DNA of 64,000 nt from Mobula hypostoma. Its lineage: Eukaryota. The notes beneath the pieces are model-generated. The model searched no databases, was not told the origin of the DNA, and saw only the letters and a program-made list of their open reading frames with translations. Position 1 is the first letter of the stretch, and every line of letters begins with the position of its first letter. Where the stretch lies: NCBI RefSeq assembly GCF_963921235.1, contig NC_086108.1, forward strand, positions 65,288,001 to 65,352,000, in the 5' to 3' direction. Positions 23,333 through 36,204 of this stretch are shown one piece after another. A program made the position numbers and the translations under genes.

Positions 23333-24729
23333 CTAGGGAAATTATTTAAAAAAAGCAATCAATTTTATTAACTTTGCACTATTTATAAAACATACGGAAA
23401 ATAACATTTGGTCTCAGGTTTTTGTTTTTAAACCAAAACAAACTTTAATAGTCTGAAAACCATTTTGTAATGGTTTACAATGGCTGTTTTTTCCCCATAC
23501 TGGAAACACTCCTCTTTAATATCTGCTTCAATTTATCAAATTATTATTAAGAAATAATTAAGAGCATAACACTTACTGTCCTGAAAGAAGCCATTTACCT
23601 CTTACACAGTAATTTACAGCTGAAGTGCACTGGAATCCTTTCACTCAGAGGATGGTTAACCTTTACCGCTGATGGTGGTGGAAAGCAGCTCATAGAGGGT
23701 ATACAAAAAGGAATTAGATAACTGTTTGAAAGATTAGGGAATTGAGGACTACAGAAAATCATCAGAAGATCATGCCACGATGCCACCTGGCCTAATCCTA
23801 ATTTCTTTGGCTGTGCAGATGAAACACTAAAATGAAATTATTGATCTTAAACCCACTACAAAATTTATTTGTTTTATATTTTACTATACTGTACACTCTC
23901 CCTAACGTAAGACAGTCAGGGACATTTTCATGTTTCAAGGGTCCTTTATGTAAGTATGCATTTCTAATGATATTTAACTTCTTTTAAATGATTTATTAAA
24001 TTTATCTTTAATTGCTGACATGGACGCTATAGGCTCTCTCTCAACAGCCAAGTTAGAAATTGTTCCACACACTAATAACTGTAGAATTTATCATATCTAA
24101 CTGCATTACAATCTGAGTTGCACATTCTCAAGAGAGTTGTTATTAAGATGCATATGTGATTCCAGCTTTCCCTCCAGCAAACCTTTTTAAAATAAATTTG
24201 TTTGGTTATTCAATTGTCTAGTGATTAAAAATTCTATTTAATGTTAATATATTACAAGGAATTGCACACCAATTTTTATGAAGGAAAATATTAAAACTAG
24301 GTCAATAGCATCTTAACCACCATCAACTTCAATCCCATTTTGCTACTTACAGACATAGAATGCTTCACACTACAGTGTTGTGCAAAATCCAAAACATTAC
24401 CGCCATTTTCATTCTATTTTTCCTCTTCCTTCAACTCTGTTTATGTGTATAAGTAATACTGTCTTTCAATCCATTAATAACTTTGCTATTTCAATGTATT
24501 TTCAGACTTTGTCTTGAAAATGCAGAGATACGTATCTATGAATGTAGCTACATAATACCCACATAGCTATAACACTAATTGACTATCTTGTAGTATCTTA
24601 GTCAGTCACACATCCGAATTTGCAATACTGTACTCTGCCAATGACATAATGTAGTACTATTTATCAAAAAATATTAATTCATGTTCTTTATTTCAATTAA
24701 ATTTCTTTGTCTGGCAGTAATAGCTAAAT

Positions 24730-27240
24730 CTTTTGGACAGCACAGCTGGAAGATCAGGATGCTGCCTTCAGGCTGGGGGATAAGACAGCTCTAAGGTCAG
24801 CAAGAGCTGTGCTTTCCCACATCAGGAAGGCAAAACAGGATTATTTACAGAGACTACACAGGCATTCCTGTGACACCAGAAACATGAAGCATATATGGCA
24901 GGCCATTCAGGCAATAACGCACTACGTCCACTCTACACGTCAAAGACAGTGATGCTTCCTCCTCCTGATAGGCTGAATGTCTTTTCTACACTGTTGGATG
25001 TACAGAACAACGTGCCGGCGAGGAAACCCCCCTTGCCTCCGAAGAGCGGCTTTCTGTCTGACCACATCTGATGTGAGGAAGATCCCAGCCAGGATCAACC
25101 CACATAAAGTTGCAGGGCCGATCAGCTGCTGAGGGACCGTGCAGCCCAGTTAACAGAGATTCTAACAGACTTCTTCAACATCTCTCTGGAACAGTCCTCT
25201 GTCCCCTCAGCCTTCAAGGCAGTCACTACATTGCCGAAGAGGAGAGGGTGACAGCAATCTGCCTCAATGACTACTGTCCAGTGGCAGTGACCTTAACAAC
25301 AATGAAGTACTTTGAGTGGCTGGTTATAATGGACAACAAATATTATCAAAATCAGCTTCCTCAGAATTTTTTTGTGGTTATGATAGACCACTTGATGCTG
25401 AACACAATTTCAGACTACTTACATCATGTAGGAGCTTAGAGAAACAAGAAATTAACTTTTATTGAATATAATGCATTTCATTGCATAATGGTGCTGACGC
25501 TTTGCAATAGTTCAACTAAGATAAAAATATTTTATTGATGATTTTCATTTGTACTCAGTGAGGTTTCTCACTTAAGTGTCCAACAATAATCTTTGACGGA
25601 TTCCAGTTGCCCTGATACCGTTTCTCCATGACTGCAATATCCTGGTGGAATCTTTCACCATGCTTGTCACCGACAGCACCAAAATTTGCAGTGAAGAAGT
25701 CTAAATGGGAATGCAGCAAATGTGAGGAGCCCAGGCTTTGTCCTGGTCACTAATTTTACACCTAATGTAGATCCCATAGGTTTTCTTAATAAGAGGACTC
25801 AGGAGATTTAATTATATACTCGCCACAAATATAACAGGAAGTATGGTGGCTGTTACTACATTGGCGAGACATTTTGCTATCACAAATACTCCTGAAAATA
25901 CAATATGTGTACAAGCAATATGCTATGCGTGTGGAGGATGCACATCAACGTGATCGCAAACCAATATACATGGGTGTGTGGATGATGCTTTTATAGCCTT
26001 TCTAAACCCTGTCTTGCCATGCAGCATCTGCCCTGCCTAAATATACCCAGGCTTGCCTGGACAAGATAGAAAACTTTACAGCTTCCATTGCGGGCATCAT
26101 TTTAATTGACGAATTATGAATTGAAATAGCAAGTATAGGCACTTACAAAACATAGTGTGTGACAGGGAAATTTCATGATGATTTTCCTCATCAGCAGCCG
26201 AAAATCCATAAGATAGACCCGAAAGTATTCAAGAAGCAAATTCTTTGCTGATCAGTGTTACTGATTGCATTAAATCCCATCTTCCTGCTACAATGGACCC
26301 TTGCTAGCTCATTTATCCTTCAAATGTGTCCACTGAGAATGCCATAGCCTCTGAACTCCACTCCATACTGTCCCACCTGGAAAATGGTGCTTCATATGCC
26401 AGGATGTTGCTCATCTACCTCAGCTCAGCATTCAATTTTATCATACCTCAGAAACTGGTGGGTAAACTGTCCTTGTAGGATCCCAACACCTCTCTCTGTA
26501 ACTGGATCCTGGGTTTTTTTCCCCACAGAAAGGCCACAGTCAGTCCACATTGGCAGAAATATCTCTAGCTCCTTCACAGTGAGCACTGACACTCCTCAGG
26601 GCTGTGTGCTCAGCCCACTGCTATGCACACAACTGGATCCAGTTCAAAATGAATAATCAAGTTCGCTAATGACACAAGTGGTTGGCCTCATCAACAATAA
26701 TGAGACAGCATAAAGAGAGGACATAAAGCGGCTGGTGGAATGACCTGAAAAAAAACTTGACTCTCAACATGGACAAGACCAAAGAGATGACTGTGGACTT
26801 TGGGAAGGTTCAGGGTGACCACTCCATGCTGCACATTCACAGCTCCTTCAGGGAGAGAGTTAAGAGCATCGATTTTCTGGGAATGCACATAATGGACAAT
26901 CTCACCTCGTCCCTCAATATCACCTCTTTGGCCAACAAAGCACAGCAGCATCTCCACTATGAGGAAATTGAGGTGAGTGAGGTTCCCTTCCCCAATTTTA
27001 ACAGGAGCACCATTGAGAATGTCCTGACCAGCTACACCATAATCTTGCCCAGGAATTACAAGGCATATGACTGTAAATCCCTACAAAGGATTGTGAACTG
27101 CTGAGAGGGTCATCAGGGTCTCTCTTCCAATCATTATATATATTTATCAGCAGCACTGCATATGAAGGGCCTTTAGCATTGTCGGTGATCCTTCCCATCT
27201 GTCCAATCATCTCTTTGATCCCCTATCATCAGGCAGGTTT
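24730..27240 (+). mobile_element. Degraded Rex1/Babar LINE interrupted by a Chapaev3 derivative
   Basis: CLNDYCPVAVTLTTMKYFEWLV, then (after the insert) TPQGCVLSPLL and LNMDKTKEMTVDF. Confidence 0.85.
25327..26257 (-). mobile_element. Chapaev3 (CMC) DNA transposon deletion derivative
   Basis: About 25722-25595 encodes HLLHSHLDFFTANFGAVGDKHGERFHQDIAVMEKRYQGNWNPS. Right end is CAGTG, TSD is TTA (25324-25326, 26258-26260), and the Rex1 sequence resumes on either side. The left TIR is degenerate. Confidence 0.75.
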
Positions 27241-28302
27241 TGTAGCATATGTGAAATAAATATTAAAAATGTAAAATACAAAGAGAAAATTGTGAGAAGT
27301 TTCATTCAACATGTTTCTCTTTCAGGTACTGAATTATCTGCTGTGCATTTTCAGTACTATTTACTTTTAAATATCTTACTTATGTGAGCTAGTTTTATTA
27401 ATATAAACCAATGTTTAATTGAAATTCTCCAAAGGCTGTTCATAAATCTGCTGGATAGCATCTGTTGTGTCAATGCATCAAAACCATTTCCTCCACATTG
27501 CTCTCAATATAGAACAGCAATTAACTTAAGCAATACAATTTTGTCAAAGAAAGCTATTACAAATCACAATCTCAGAAAAATATTATGTATAATTTTCTTT
27601 AAACTTTCCATCACTTAAAAGGTCGCAAGACTCAAGTAGTAAACAGTAAAGCTTGATGCATATATTGGCTGACATCTAGACCAAAAAAAAATTCATCTTT
27701 TTCATCTAATAAAATGTATGGTATAGAAGAAACATAAACAATAATTCTCTCAATTCAGGTTCTAGTGTCTCCTCCCTGATGATAATGAGTTATTTATGAT
27801 AACTAAAGATGCCACAGAAACAAAAGTTGTGAAAAGTTCCTCTTTGAAACTATGTTTCATTATTTTAAAATTCATCTTGGGACTCCCTGATCGGCAAATT
27901 ATTTACATAGTTATTGTAGAATTGTATTGTTTGGAATAATGCTTGTTCTTTTAGAAAAAATTAAAAATCCCAGCTACACAAATTTGTGCACTTCATAAAG
28001 TGTGTCTAATCTGATGAAAATTTAGATTCATAAGCATTTGCCTTCTCCAACAAAAATTTTTAGCAACAGGTTCTTCCTCTCTGCCATCAGATTTCTGAAC
28101 AGTCTATGAAGCCATCCACACTACCTTACTATTTTTGCTCTCTTTTTGCACTATTATTGCACACTAATTTAAATAATGAAATATTAGGACAGGTAACCAG
28201 AAGTTTCATTAAAGAGCTCCTTAAAGGAGAAAGGAAAAAGGCATTGTGATGCAAATTAGTTTCCATTTTCAAAAGAAAGAGAAAACAAGAAACTAACAAT
28301 CT

Positions 28303-28485
28303 CAAAAAATGCTGGTGAACACAGCAGGCCAGGCAGCATCTACAGGAAGAGGTACAGTCGACGTTTCGGGCCGAGACGTCGACTGTACCTCTTCCTATAG
28401 ATGCTGCCTGGCCTGCTGCATTCATCAGCATTTTTTGTGTGTGTTGCTTGAATTTCCAGCATCTGCAGATTTCCGCGTGTTTGCG
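28303..28485. mobile_element. Penelope pLTR-derived fold-back insertion within an old CR1 remnant (about 28185-29060)
   Basis: Near-perfect inverted arms centred near 28370, with 12-bp TSD AACTAACAATCT (28291-28302, 28486-28497). Confidence 0.88.
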
Positions 28486-30113
28486 AACTAACAATCTGTT
28501 ATTCTAATGTCAATGGTCAGGAAAATGCACAAAATTATAGTGAACGATACAATAACAAAACGTCTCGAAAAGAAGAGGATTAATCACAGTCAATATGGAA
28601 CTAGGAAAAGAAAAGCATATTTGACTATTCAGGTGGAGGGTATGGCTAACTGAGTAGATATGGGTAATGACTGGATGTGGTATGTTTGCCTTCCTTTGAA
28701 AAGATAAGTATATAGTCCCTACTGGATCACAGTTGCAGGCAATAAACTGATATGGGCTAAGAATAGATCATTGGCTAGAAAGCAGAGTGCAAAAAAACAT
28801 ATCATTTTACTATTGGCGGGCTATGAATAATGGAGTGCCACCAGTATGAGTGCTTGGGGTTCGAGCTATTCACAAGTCTGCTGATGATACTAACTTAGGA
28901 GTGATTCTGAGGATTCAAAGAGGCTTGATGAGTGTCTACCAAGCTTATGGGAGATGAAATGGAATAGCTGGAAACTGCCATCGAGATAGCAACCATGAAC
29001 TTAATGAAAGCCTGAGCAGACTTGAAGAGCGAAATGGCCTAATTCTATTTCTTATGTTCATATAAAAGCTTTGAAGATAACTGCATCCTCTTATTTTTAA
29101 ATCTATCATCACTCCCTCTCATAATTTACTTCCCTGTGTATTGCTTCTAATTTACAGCCTGCAAAAAAATACAGGCTGCATTTCACTTTTCTCATTCCCC
29201 CAACACAATATTAATGTGTATCTTTAAAGAGAATCCAGTAAAAGCAAACTAGTCACTGAACAAAAAATGAAAGGTTGTCCATTTAAGAGAAGGATGAAGT
29301 AAACTATTTTTTTCACTGAAAGTCATTAGCTTTTGGAACTACCTTCCTCAAAGGTCAGAGGCAGACAGATTCTTGATAGGGGATGAAAATACACTTTGGG
29401 TGTTTGGGAAATATGAAATTGAGGCTACTGTCTAATCAACCATGAGCTTTTTAAATGGCTGAGCAGCTTACTCATGCTCCTAATATGGATGCTCATGAAA
29501 TTAACGTTGTACAGGTGAACAGTGAGTAGGCAATTCTGAAAAAAAAACTTTCCAAATGTGGTTTTAAACATTCAAATTGTGCAGGTACATCTTTGCTGAT
29601 CTGCTCTGGGAGTTGGGAAGAACATGGATGTTCCAGTTGAGTTTTGATTGCTGTACTTCAGAGCACCTTGAGGAATGTTGGCAGAAGATATTAAGTCTTA
29701 AAACCACTCAATTGCTTCAGAACATCCCTTAATCTTAAGTGATGAAATATTAACTGAAATACAAAGATCACATATGTGTTGATAGGTCTTTGTGTGCAAA
29801 CAGTATTTTAATATGCTTCTATAAGGTTATCAAAAAAGACCAACAGCTGCTGTGTCAAATCTGAAAAGAAAGGGCAGAGAGGTGCACTAAACCCTTAAAT
29901 TAAATTAAGCCACACATTTATCTATTTGTTGTTGAAAAGTCAGGACAATGGGAATGGGAATGGGTTAATAAAATAATTACCTATAAGAACAGGTGGTACA
30001 GTCCTTTATTCTCCTAAAAGATCAAGTATCTTTAATCTTTTACTTCCAACTAGTGGTAATCTTGTCTGCCATTGGTGTCAGATAGAAATGTACTCAGTTA
30101 AAATGGGCATCAG

Positions 30114-30138
30114 CTGAATGGAATGGAATGGAATAGAA
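30114..30138. repeat. (GAATG)n microsatellite
   Basis: Direct reading of the sequence. Confidence 0.7.
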
Positions 30139-30379
30139 TATGTTCCTCTGGCTTAAAGGTAGTATTTCTTGTGTTCAATTTATGAAGACAAATAACTGAT
30201 GTCATATTGGGTTGGCATGCAATCAATCCCTTCCTTCACTCAGTGAAATGGAATACAATTTGTCAGATTTTTTTTTACTTCACACCATAACAACCTAATC
30301 AGTTCTTACATTTCAGCCTCATAATAGAATCTACCCATGAATAATATTTTTGCACCATATTTGAATGTACATCCCAGTA

Positions 30380-30418
30380 TCTCAATGGTATGTACCAGTG
30401 AGGTACATACCATTGAGA
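30380..30418. repeat. Perfect 17-bp inverted repeat with a 5-nt loop
   Basis: TCTCAATGGTATGTACC-agtga-GGTACATACCATTGAGA. Confidence 0.9.
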
Positions 30419-30895
30419 AGCACCTCAAAACTCCTCTGCTATTGAAATGAAATGTCAATCCAGTCATCCTTTGTTAAACTCAAGATATTGCAGAATAATA
30501 TGTGCAAATGAAGATCAAGATTATTGTCATCACTTGCTGAAAACCTGGGTAAAAACCCTTATACGTTTCTGGAGAAGCATGCTGCAAAGCTTGCTTTTGA
30601 ATTTATTTGTATCATCAATTCTACACCTCTGTTTCTCACCTTCTACAATTTTTTGACTTACAATTATATTTTACCATTTTTGAAGCTAAAGTATTATACA
30701 AAGTTAAGGACCAAATATATCTGAACTGTACAGTACAAATGTTTCCTAAACTGTAATCGCACATCTATACACTATACATTAGCAATTTTTCAGGTAACTT
30801 AATGAAGCGAAAGATAATTAGACTTGTGCCACAATTATTAGCTTTAAATTTAAATGTCTTATTATTACAAAAGTAAACACAAGAATAACAATCCC

Positions 30896-30990
30896 AACAA
30901 CATACATCAAAGTTGCTGGTGAACGCAGCAGGCCAGGCAGCATCTATAGGAAGAGGCGCAGTCGACGTTTCAGGCCGAGACCCTTCGTCA
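30896..30990 (-). mobile_element. Penelope pLTR fragment truncated inside the hammerhead core
   Basis: The minus strand begins TGACGA-AGGGTCTCGGCCT-GAAA-CG-TC-GACTG. Confidence 0.8.
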
Positions 30991-31195
30991 TATATGACTA
31001 CAATTTAGGCTGAAGTTGAATAGAATTGACAATGTTTCCACAACTGCTTCAGTATTCTTAAATTAAATAACAATGTAAATGCACATACTGTATTTAGCTA
31101 TACCATAATGACATGCTCTGCATAAACAGAATGTATACAACTCAAAAATTACGAATTCATTGGCAGGTCTTTTAAACTGACGGACACCAACTCAC

Positions 31196-31269
31196 CTGAA
31201 CAGAAATGAGAACAAAGTCAATGAGGCTGCCAATTCCACAAAATCCAACTGTACAAAATTTCAACAAAC
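31196..31269 (-). CDS. TM2D1: TM2D1 coding exon (TM2), 74 nt
   Basis: Acceptor ttttctttccag, donor gtgagt. Translates (G)LLKFCTVGFCGIGSLIDFVLISVQ. Phases fit both neighbouring exons. Confidence 0.96.
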
Positions 31270-31638
31270 CTGGAAAGAAAACAAAATGACTTAGTAAAGT
31301 CTTGTGCATTATTCTGCATTTAGTTCATAGATGAGGGGGTACCTCATTAGTTGAGCATTTAAGCAAAACTTTTTACAATGTCAAAACAAAATAGTTACAT
31401 CTTTTTTTTATAAAAAGATACAAATAATCTTCCATTGTGTACACAATTGAGCACATTGTGATATTTTCTGAACTACAGCGAGTAATAGTATGCCACAATA
31501 ACTTAGAGCAAGTAAATTTAAGTGAATTAAATAAAGATAACAGTTTTGGCATTAACATATGTAATCCAGTATGATAATATGTGAAACAGAATTCAACAGT
31601 AAAAATTTGTGTAAAAGAGCAAACAGTAGCAAAATAAG

Positions 31639-32024
31639 GTTCCTAAGGTTGTCATAGCCAGGGTGGTAGCGCGGATAAGCTCCCACTACCTATAAAGTGT
31701 TCTAATTGGCATGTGTCTCTAACAGCCTCTGACAACCAAGTCCAACTCTTGGCCTTCATGTCTGGCTTAGCTTCCAGGCCCGGCAGAACTGTTTCTACTG
31801 ACAAGAGAATGGGCAAAGGTGGACGCTAGCGCCTCAAAACTTGTTGCTTTGGGCAGGTGGGGCTTATCAGCCTTGGACTAGATCAGTGACATGGAGAGGG
31901 AGAACCCGCTCCATGGGCAACAGCCATTTCTTCAAATCTTCTGCCCAGGCTTGCACCCTAGACAGGACACAGTCCACCAGAGGCGCAAACCCATGATCCC
32001 CTGGGATCGATGGCTGCCTACCAC
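31639..32024 (+). mobile_element. 386-bp non-coding retroposon, possibly a non-autonomous RTE-type derivative
   Basis: 12-bp TSD TAGCAAAATAAG (31627-31638, 32025-32036) and GC-rich relative to the flanks. The clade assignment is inference. Confidence 0.75.
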
Positions 32025-32629
32025 TAGCAAAATAAGTAAATGAATACTGCTAAATTGTTATCACAATTCAAGTAGTTTCAATGTTGTTAGAAATGGCCTA
32101 CATTTGGCTAACTACCACTGCTGACAGTTCCTGCTGACAGTGTGCAAGAACACTAAAAAAAAGACAAATATTTTGCACTTGGCTAGATTAATCACTTCTA
32201 CTGTCAATCATTCAATGTGATAAATTTACACAAACTGCTGATGCAAGTCAAAATGATCACACATGGAATCATCATTCAGGAAAAATATGCTAATCTTGGA
32301 GATGGCAAGAAAATGCAGATCAGCATATTCTCAGATTGCAGAGGGAGAATGCATATGAAGCTGTGGATATCAGACTGGGAAGAATTGTGAAGAAACAAAT
32401 TAATTGAAATAAAAAGAAAGAAAGAACACATTCACAGTCTGGATAGGTTTCATTTCATCCAACATTTCCTTGACATACTACTCAACAAGTACTAATTGAC
32501 TGTCAACTATTGAGTAGAAATAATAAATACATTTTTAATGTCCCACAAAATGAAGTAAACGTATTTAAGTCGATTTAGTGGCAGGCAACAAAACAGTCTG
32601 TAATGGTTACTAAAAGGCCATGATATAGT

Positions 32630-32945
32630 GGAAGCAGAGAGTTAGAAATGTCTTGGACTCAACAGCCCGACCTCGGAATAAAGGGATATCCCTTTAAAAC
32701 TTAGATGAGAAGTTTCTTCAGCCAAAGGGTGGTGATCTGTAGAATTCATTGCCTCAGAAAGATGTGGAGGCCAAGTCAATGGCTTTATTTAAAGCAGATA
32801 TTGACAGGTTCATTATTGGTAATGGGATGCAGAGTTACAGGGTGAAGGTGGGACAATGAGTTTTTAAAAAATCATACACGATTGAATGGCAGCACAGACT
32901 TAATGGGCCAAATGCCCTAATTCTGCTCCTATATCATATGATCCT
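32630..32945 (+). mobile_element. CR1 3' fragment
   Basis: Similar to 6170-6460. Confidence 0.7.
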
Positions 32946-33193
32946 ACATACATATTTTGTGCTCTGTAGGTTTAAAAGTTGAGCTAGATTTTCACTGGAC
33001 TGTGCCACAATGGCCAAGGGAAGATAGGATTCAATTCAGAATAGGTGCATGCAGTACCATAATTAGTCAGAGAACAATATATTTCAAGAAGATGGACCCA
33101 GAGTTCAACTAAAATCGTCTCCATTTTTCAGAATAGCCAAATATCTGCAAAACTTACTGTATAAACACATTTATAATGCTAGTTATAGCATTC

Positions 33194-33712
33194 TGTACAT
33201 CCTGTAGCTAATGAAGTGGCCACTGGGTGTATGTTCATGGTCTTCTGCAGCTGCAGCCCATCCACTTCAAGGTCTGACATGTTATGCATTCAGAAAAGCT
33301 CCTCTGCACATCACTGCTGTAACTTGTGGTTATTTGAGTTATTGTCACCCTCCTGTCAGCTTGAACCAGGCTGGCCATTTTCCTCTGACTTCTCTCATTA
33401 ACACCCACAGAACTTGCCGCTCACCTGATGCTGTTTTTGTTTTCTGTAAACTTTAGAGACTGTGTATATAAAAAGCCCAGGAGATCAGCAGATTCTGAGA
33501 TACTCAAGTCACCCTGTCTGGTACCAACAATCATTCCACTGTCAGTCACTTCAATCACATTTCTTCTGCATTCTGATATTTGGTCTGAACAACATCTGAA
33601 CTTCTTGACCATATATGCATGCTTTTATGTATTGGGTTGCTAACCATATGATTGGCTGATTAGATATTTGCATTAGCGACTAGGTGTACCTAATAAAGTG
33701 GCCACTGAGTAT
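33194..33712 (-). mobile_element. Tc1-derived non-autonomous element
   Basis: TIR-like CTCAGTGGCCACTTTATTAGGTACACC at the right end, with a related copy at about 33208-33231. GMIVGTRQGDLSISESADLLGF is a Tc1 N-terminal HTH remnant. Confidence 0.75.
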
Positions 33713-35742
33713 ATATACAATATATTCACCATATTACTTGACAGAGCATTACATTGGGCTGCAAAGAAAAATATATTAAACATCATTGTGCATGTAACTG
33801 CAGTTTCAGAGGCCAATGGTTTACTTTCTGTTTCCTTAGAGGTTTTTAATTTTAAAAGGAATTCAATACATCTCCAGCTTTGTCACCATTTCAAAGTAGT
33901 TTCAATTCTTTTTGACAGAGAGATCAAAACTCTAGCGGCAAATGATCTGGATTAAGACCAAATACTTCCAGCCCTACTGTCAAGAAGGTAAAAGTCATGT
34001 TCATCTTGTCATGTTGGTCTAGTTTTGTTTTCAAATCCAAGCGATAAGAATCTAATTTCTGAATCATAGGCTATGCTGTAGACACTTTCTTGCACTGTAA
34101 GCATATTGTTTTGATTGCAGACTCTGACCACTTTTGGCATCCATAGCAGCGTTTACTGACATGCCCACATCACCATTCATCCAAACTGTCACTACTTCTT
34201 TTGATTCCATATACAGTACATAGCAACAATCACTGCCCTTCTGCCCTGAATGCTGGTATTGTGAACAAGGCTTATGTCGTTTGTTTTTGCTTTGTCTGTC
34301 TACTCTAGGCTGTTAATGTGTCTTATTTTAACGCTTGGTGAACCCTCATAACATTGGCATAATTATGTCCACACTCTTGGCTGTCCGGTTATAGAAACAT
34401 CATATACTACACAATCTGTTTTCACTTTCATGGTACTCGGTAGTTTGTTTGCATTGGCACATAACGATACAACCAAGAACAGGCCCTTCCAATTCTATTT
34501 ATTTCTGCATCAGTCCCAGAAAAAAAATTGTTTCTATTCTAATTGCCTTGGCTCTGCATGACTGTATTTATTTATTGACTTAGTCTGTACCTGCATGCTC
34601 AGTGCTGTAGTCACACAGTATAATGCTTCGGTGTTGGGCAGTCTTCCAATGCAATTCTTTATCTGTGTTTACTCGGTGCATACATGACTGTATGTGGCAT
34701 ACAGCTGACTTGGTTATCCATCTCCAGTTCTGGCTAGAATAATTTACGTTCTAGTAATCTCATTATACTTCACTAAACTAGTTGTTATCTAGGATCAAAC
34801 TGGAGAGTGAAGATAAGTACTGATGTCTTCACTGCAGACTAACTCCTCAGACTTGATTTAAAACATACAAATCTAACATCCACAACAAGGATTAAATAGA
34901 TAAGGCATCTCTTTGACCACTTTCTGCAGTTCTTGTTCCTCATTTCAACATTTCAAAATATTAACCCACAATGCTCTCTTTGCCGTTTTTTCTCTTCATA
35001 GGAAAATTAGAAGCCACCATCACTGCACCTAAAATTCAAATCTTATGTTTCATTATCAACTCCATTCCCTTCAGAAGTACATTCCATGTGAAATAATGGC
35101 AAACTACTTAAATTAAAGCTAATATTTGGATATCCTATTTAAAAGGATTGGCCATGGTATACAGGATATTACTCACTCTATCGCTACATCTGAAATCTTG
35201 ACTCGTGTCTGCCACTGGGCCTGATCAGTGATGTTTTGGATAGACCCCAAGCTGTGAAGATGTCCCTCAAAGCACAGGCTGTGCAAGATCTGCCTCATCC
35301 ATCATCTCTGGTTCTCTGAATTAGTCATCCCTTCTTTCCTCCTTATGACACACAATTCACACATCCCATCCTACCAACCAAACACTGAAACTTTCATTTC
35401 TTCCAATTCCTCTTTCTGATACACCAAACAAGAGAACTTCAGCTGCATGAAATCTGAATAAAAGCAATAAAATACTGACTAGCTCCAGTTTTTAAATTCA
35501 TGGTCATTCTCTTAAGTTTTCACAGCCCTCATTGATGAATATCATTGTCTCAAAGTAACTGTTTTGGACAGAAATGAGGAGAAATTTCTTAACTGACTGG
35601 GTTATATCTGTGGAATTTTCAAATATTGACTGCTTGGAACCTTTTATTCTGGGTAACTAATAGGTTCAATCTTGGGAAAGTACATTGATGATGAGTAACT
35701 ATGCCATAAAAATGGTGTGTGTACGTGAATGTGTGCGCACAC

Positions 35743-36080
35743 GTGCAAAACTCTTAGGCAATACATATATAGCTAGGAGCTAGGGTGTCTAAGACTTTTG
35801 CACAATATTGTATTTATCAAAACAGAGCAGAGAGCAAGTTTGTAAATCTGGTCGAACCTAAAGAAGTTGGGAATGGCAGGGGTGGAGCGCCAGAGTGTGG
35901 GACAGGTGCTAGAAGAGTGCCAGGGTGGGAGTTGGCTCAGGTGCAGACACAACCAGCATGGAGGTACCAGACAAGTTAATATGATTCCAAACAGTTGGTT
36001 TATTGATCGTTACAGAATGTTTCTCTGGCTTCCTGAACCCTCCCCTCTCCTCTCCCTTCCCCCTTTCCCAACCACGATAC
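35743..36080 (-). mobile_element. Truncated Tc1-like MITE, same family as 43145-43626
   Basis: Shares the GTGCAAAA.TCT.A.GCA / AAGACTTTTGCACA.TA.TGTA hairpin unit and internal sequence in reverse orientation. Confidence 0.7.
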
Positions 36081-36083
36081 TTC

Positions 36084-36103
36084 AAATAAATAAATAAATA
36101 AAT

Positions 36104-36142
<39 letters not shown>

Positions 36143-36204
36143 TATGTGTGCGCATATATACAAATATACATATGTACAGAAATATACATACACACACACA
36201 CACA
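36084..36204. repeat. (TAAA)n-(CA)n compound microsatellite
   Basis: Direct reading of the sequence. Confidence 0.95.

Noticed and set aside
34050..34700. Possible ancient LINE remnant (also about 36800-37700)
   Set aside because: Only vague motif similarity; too degraded to call without an alignment.
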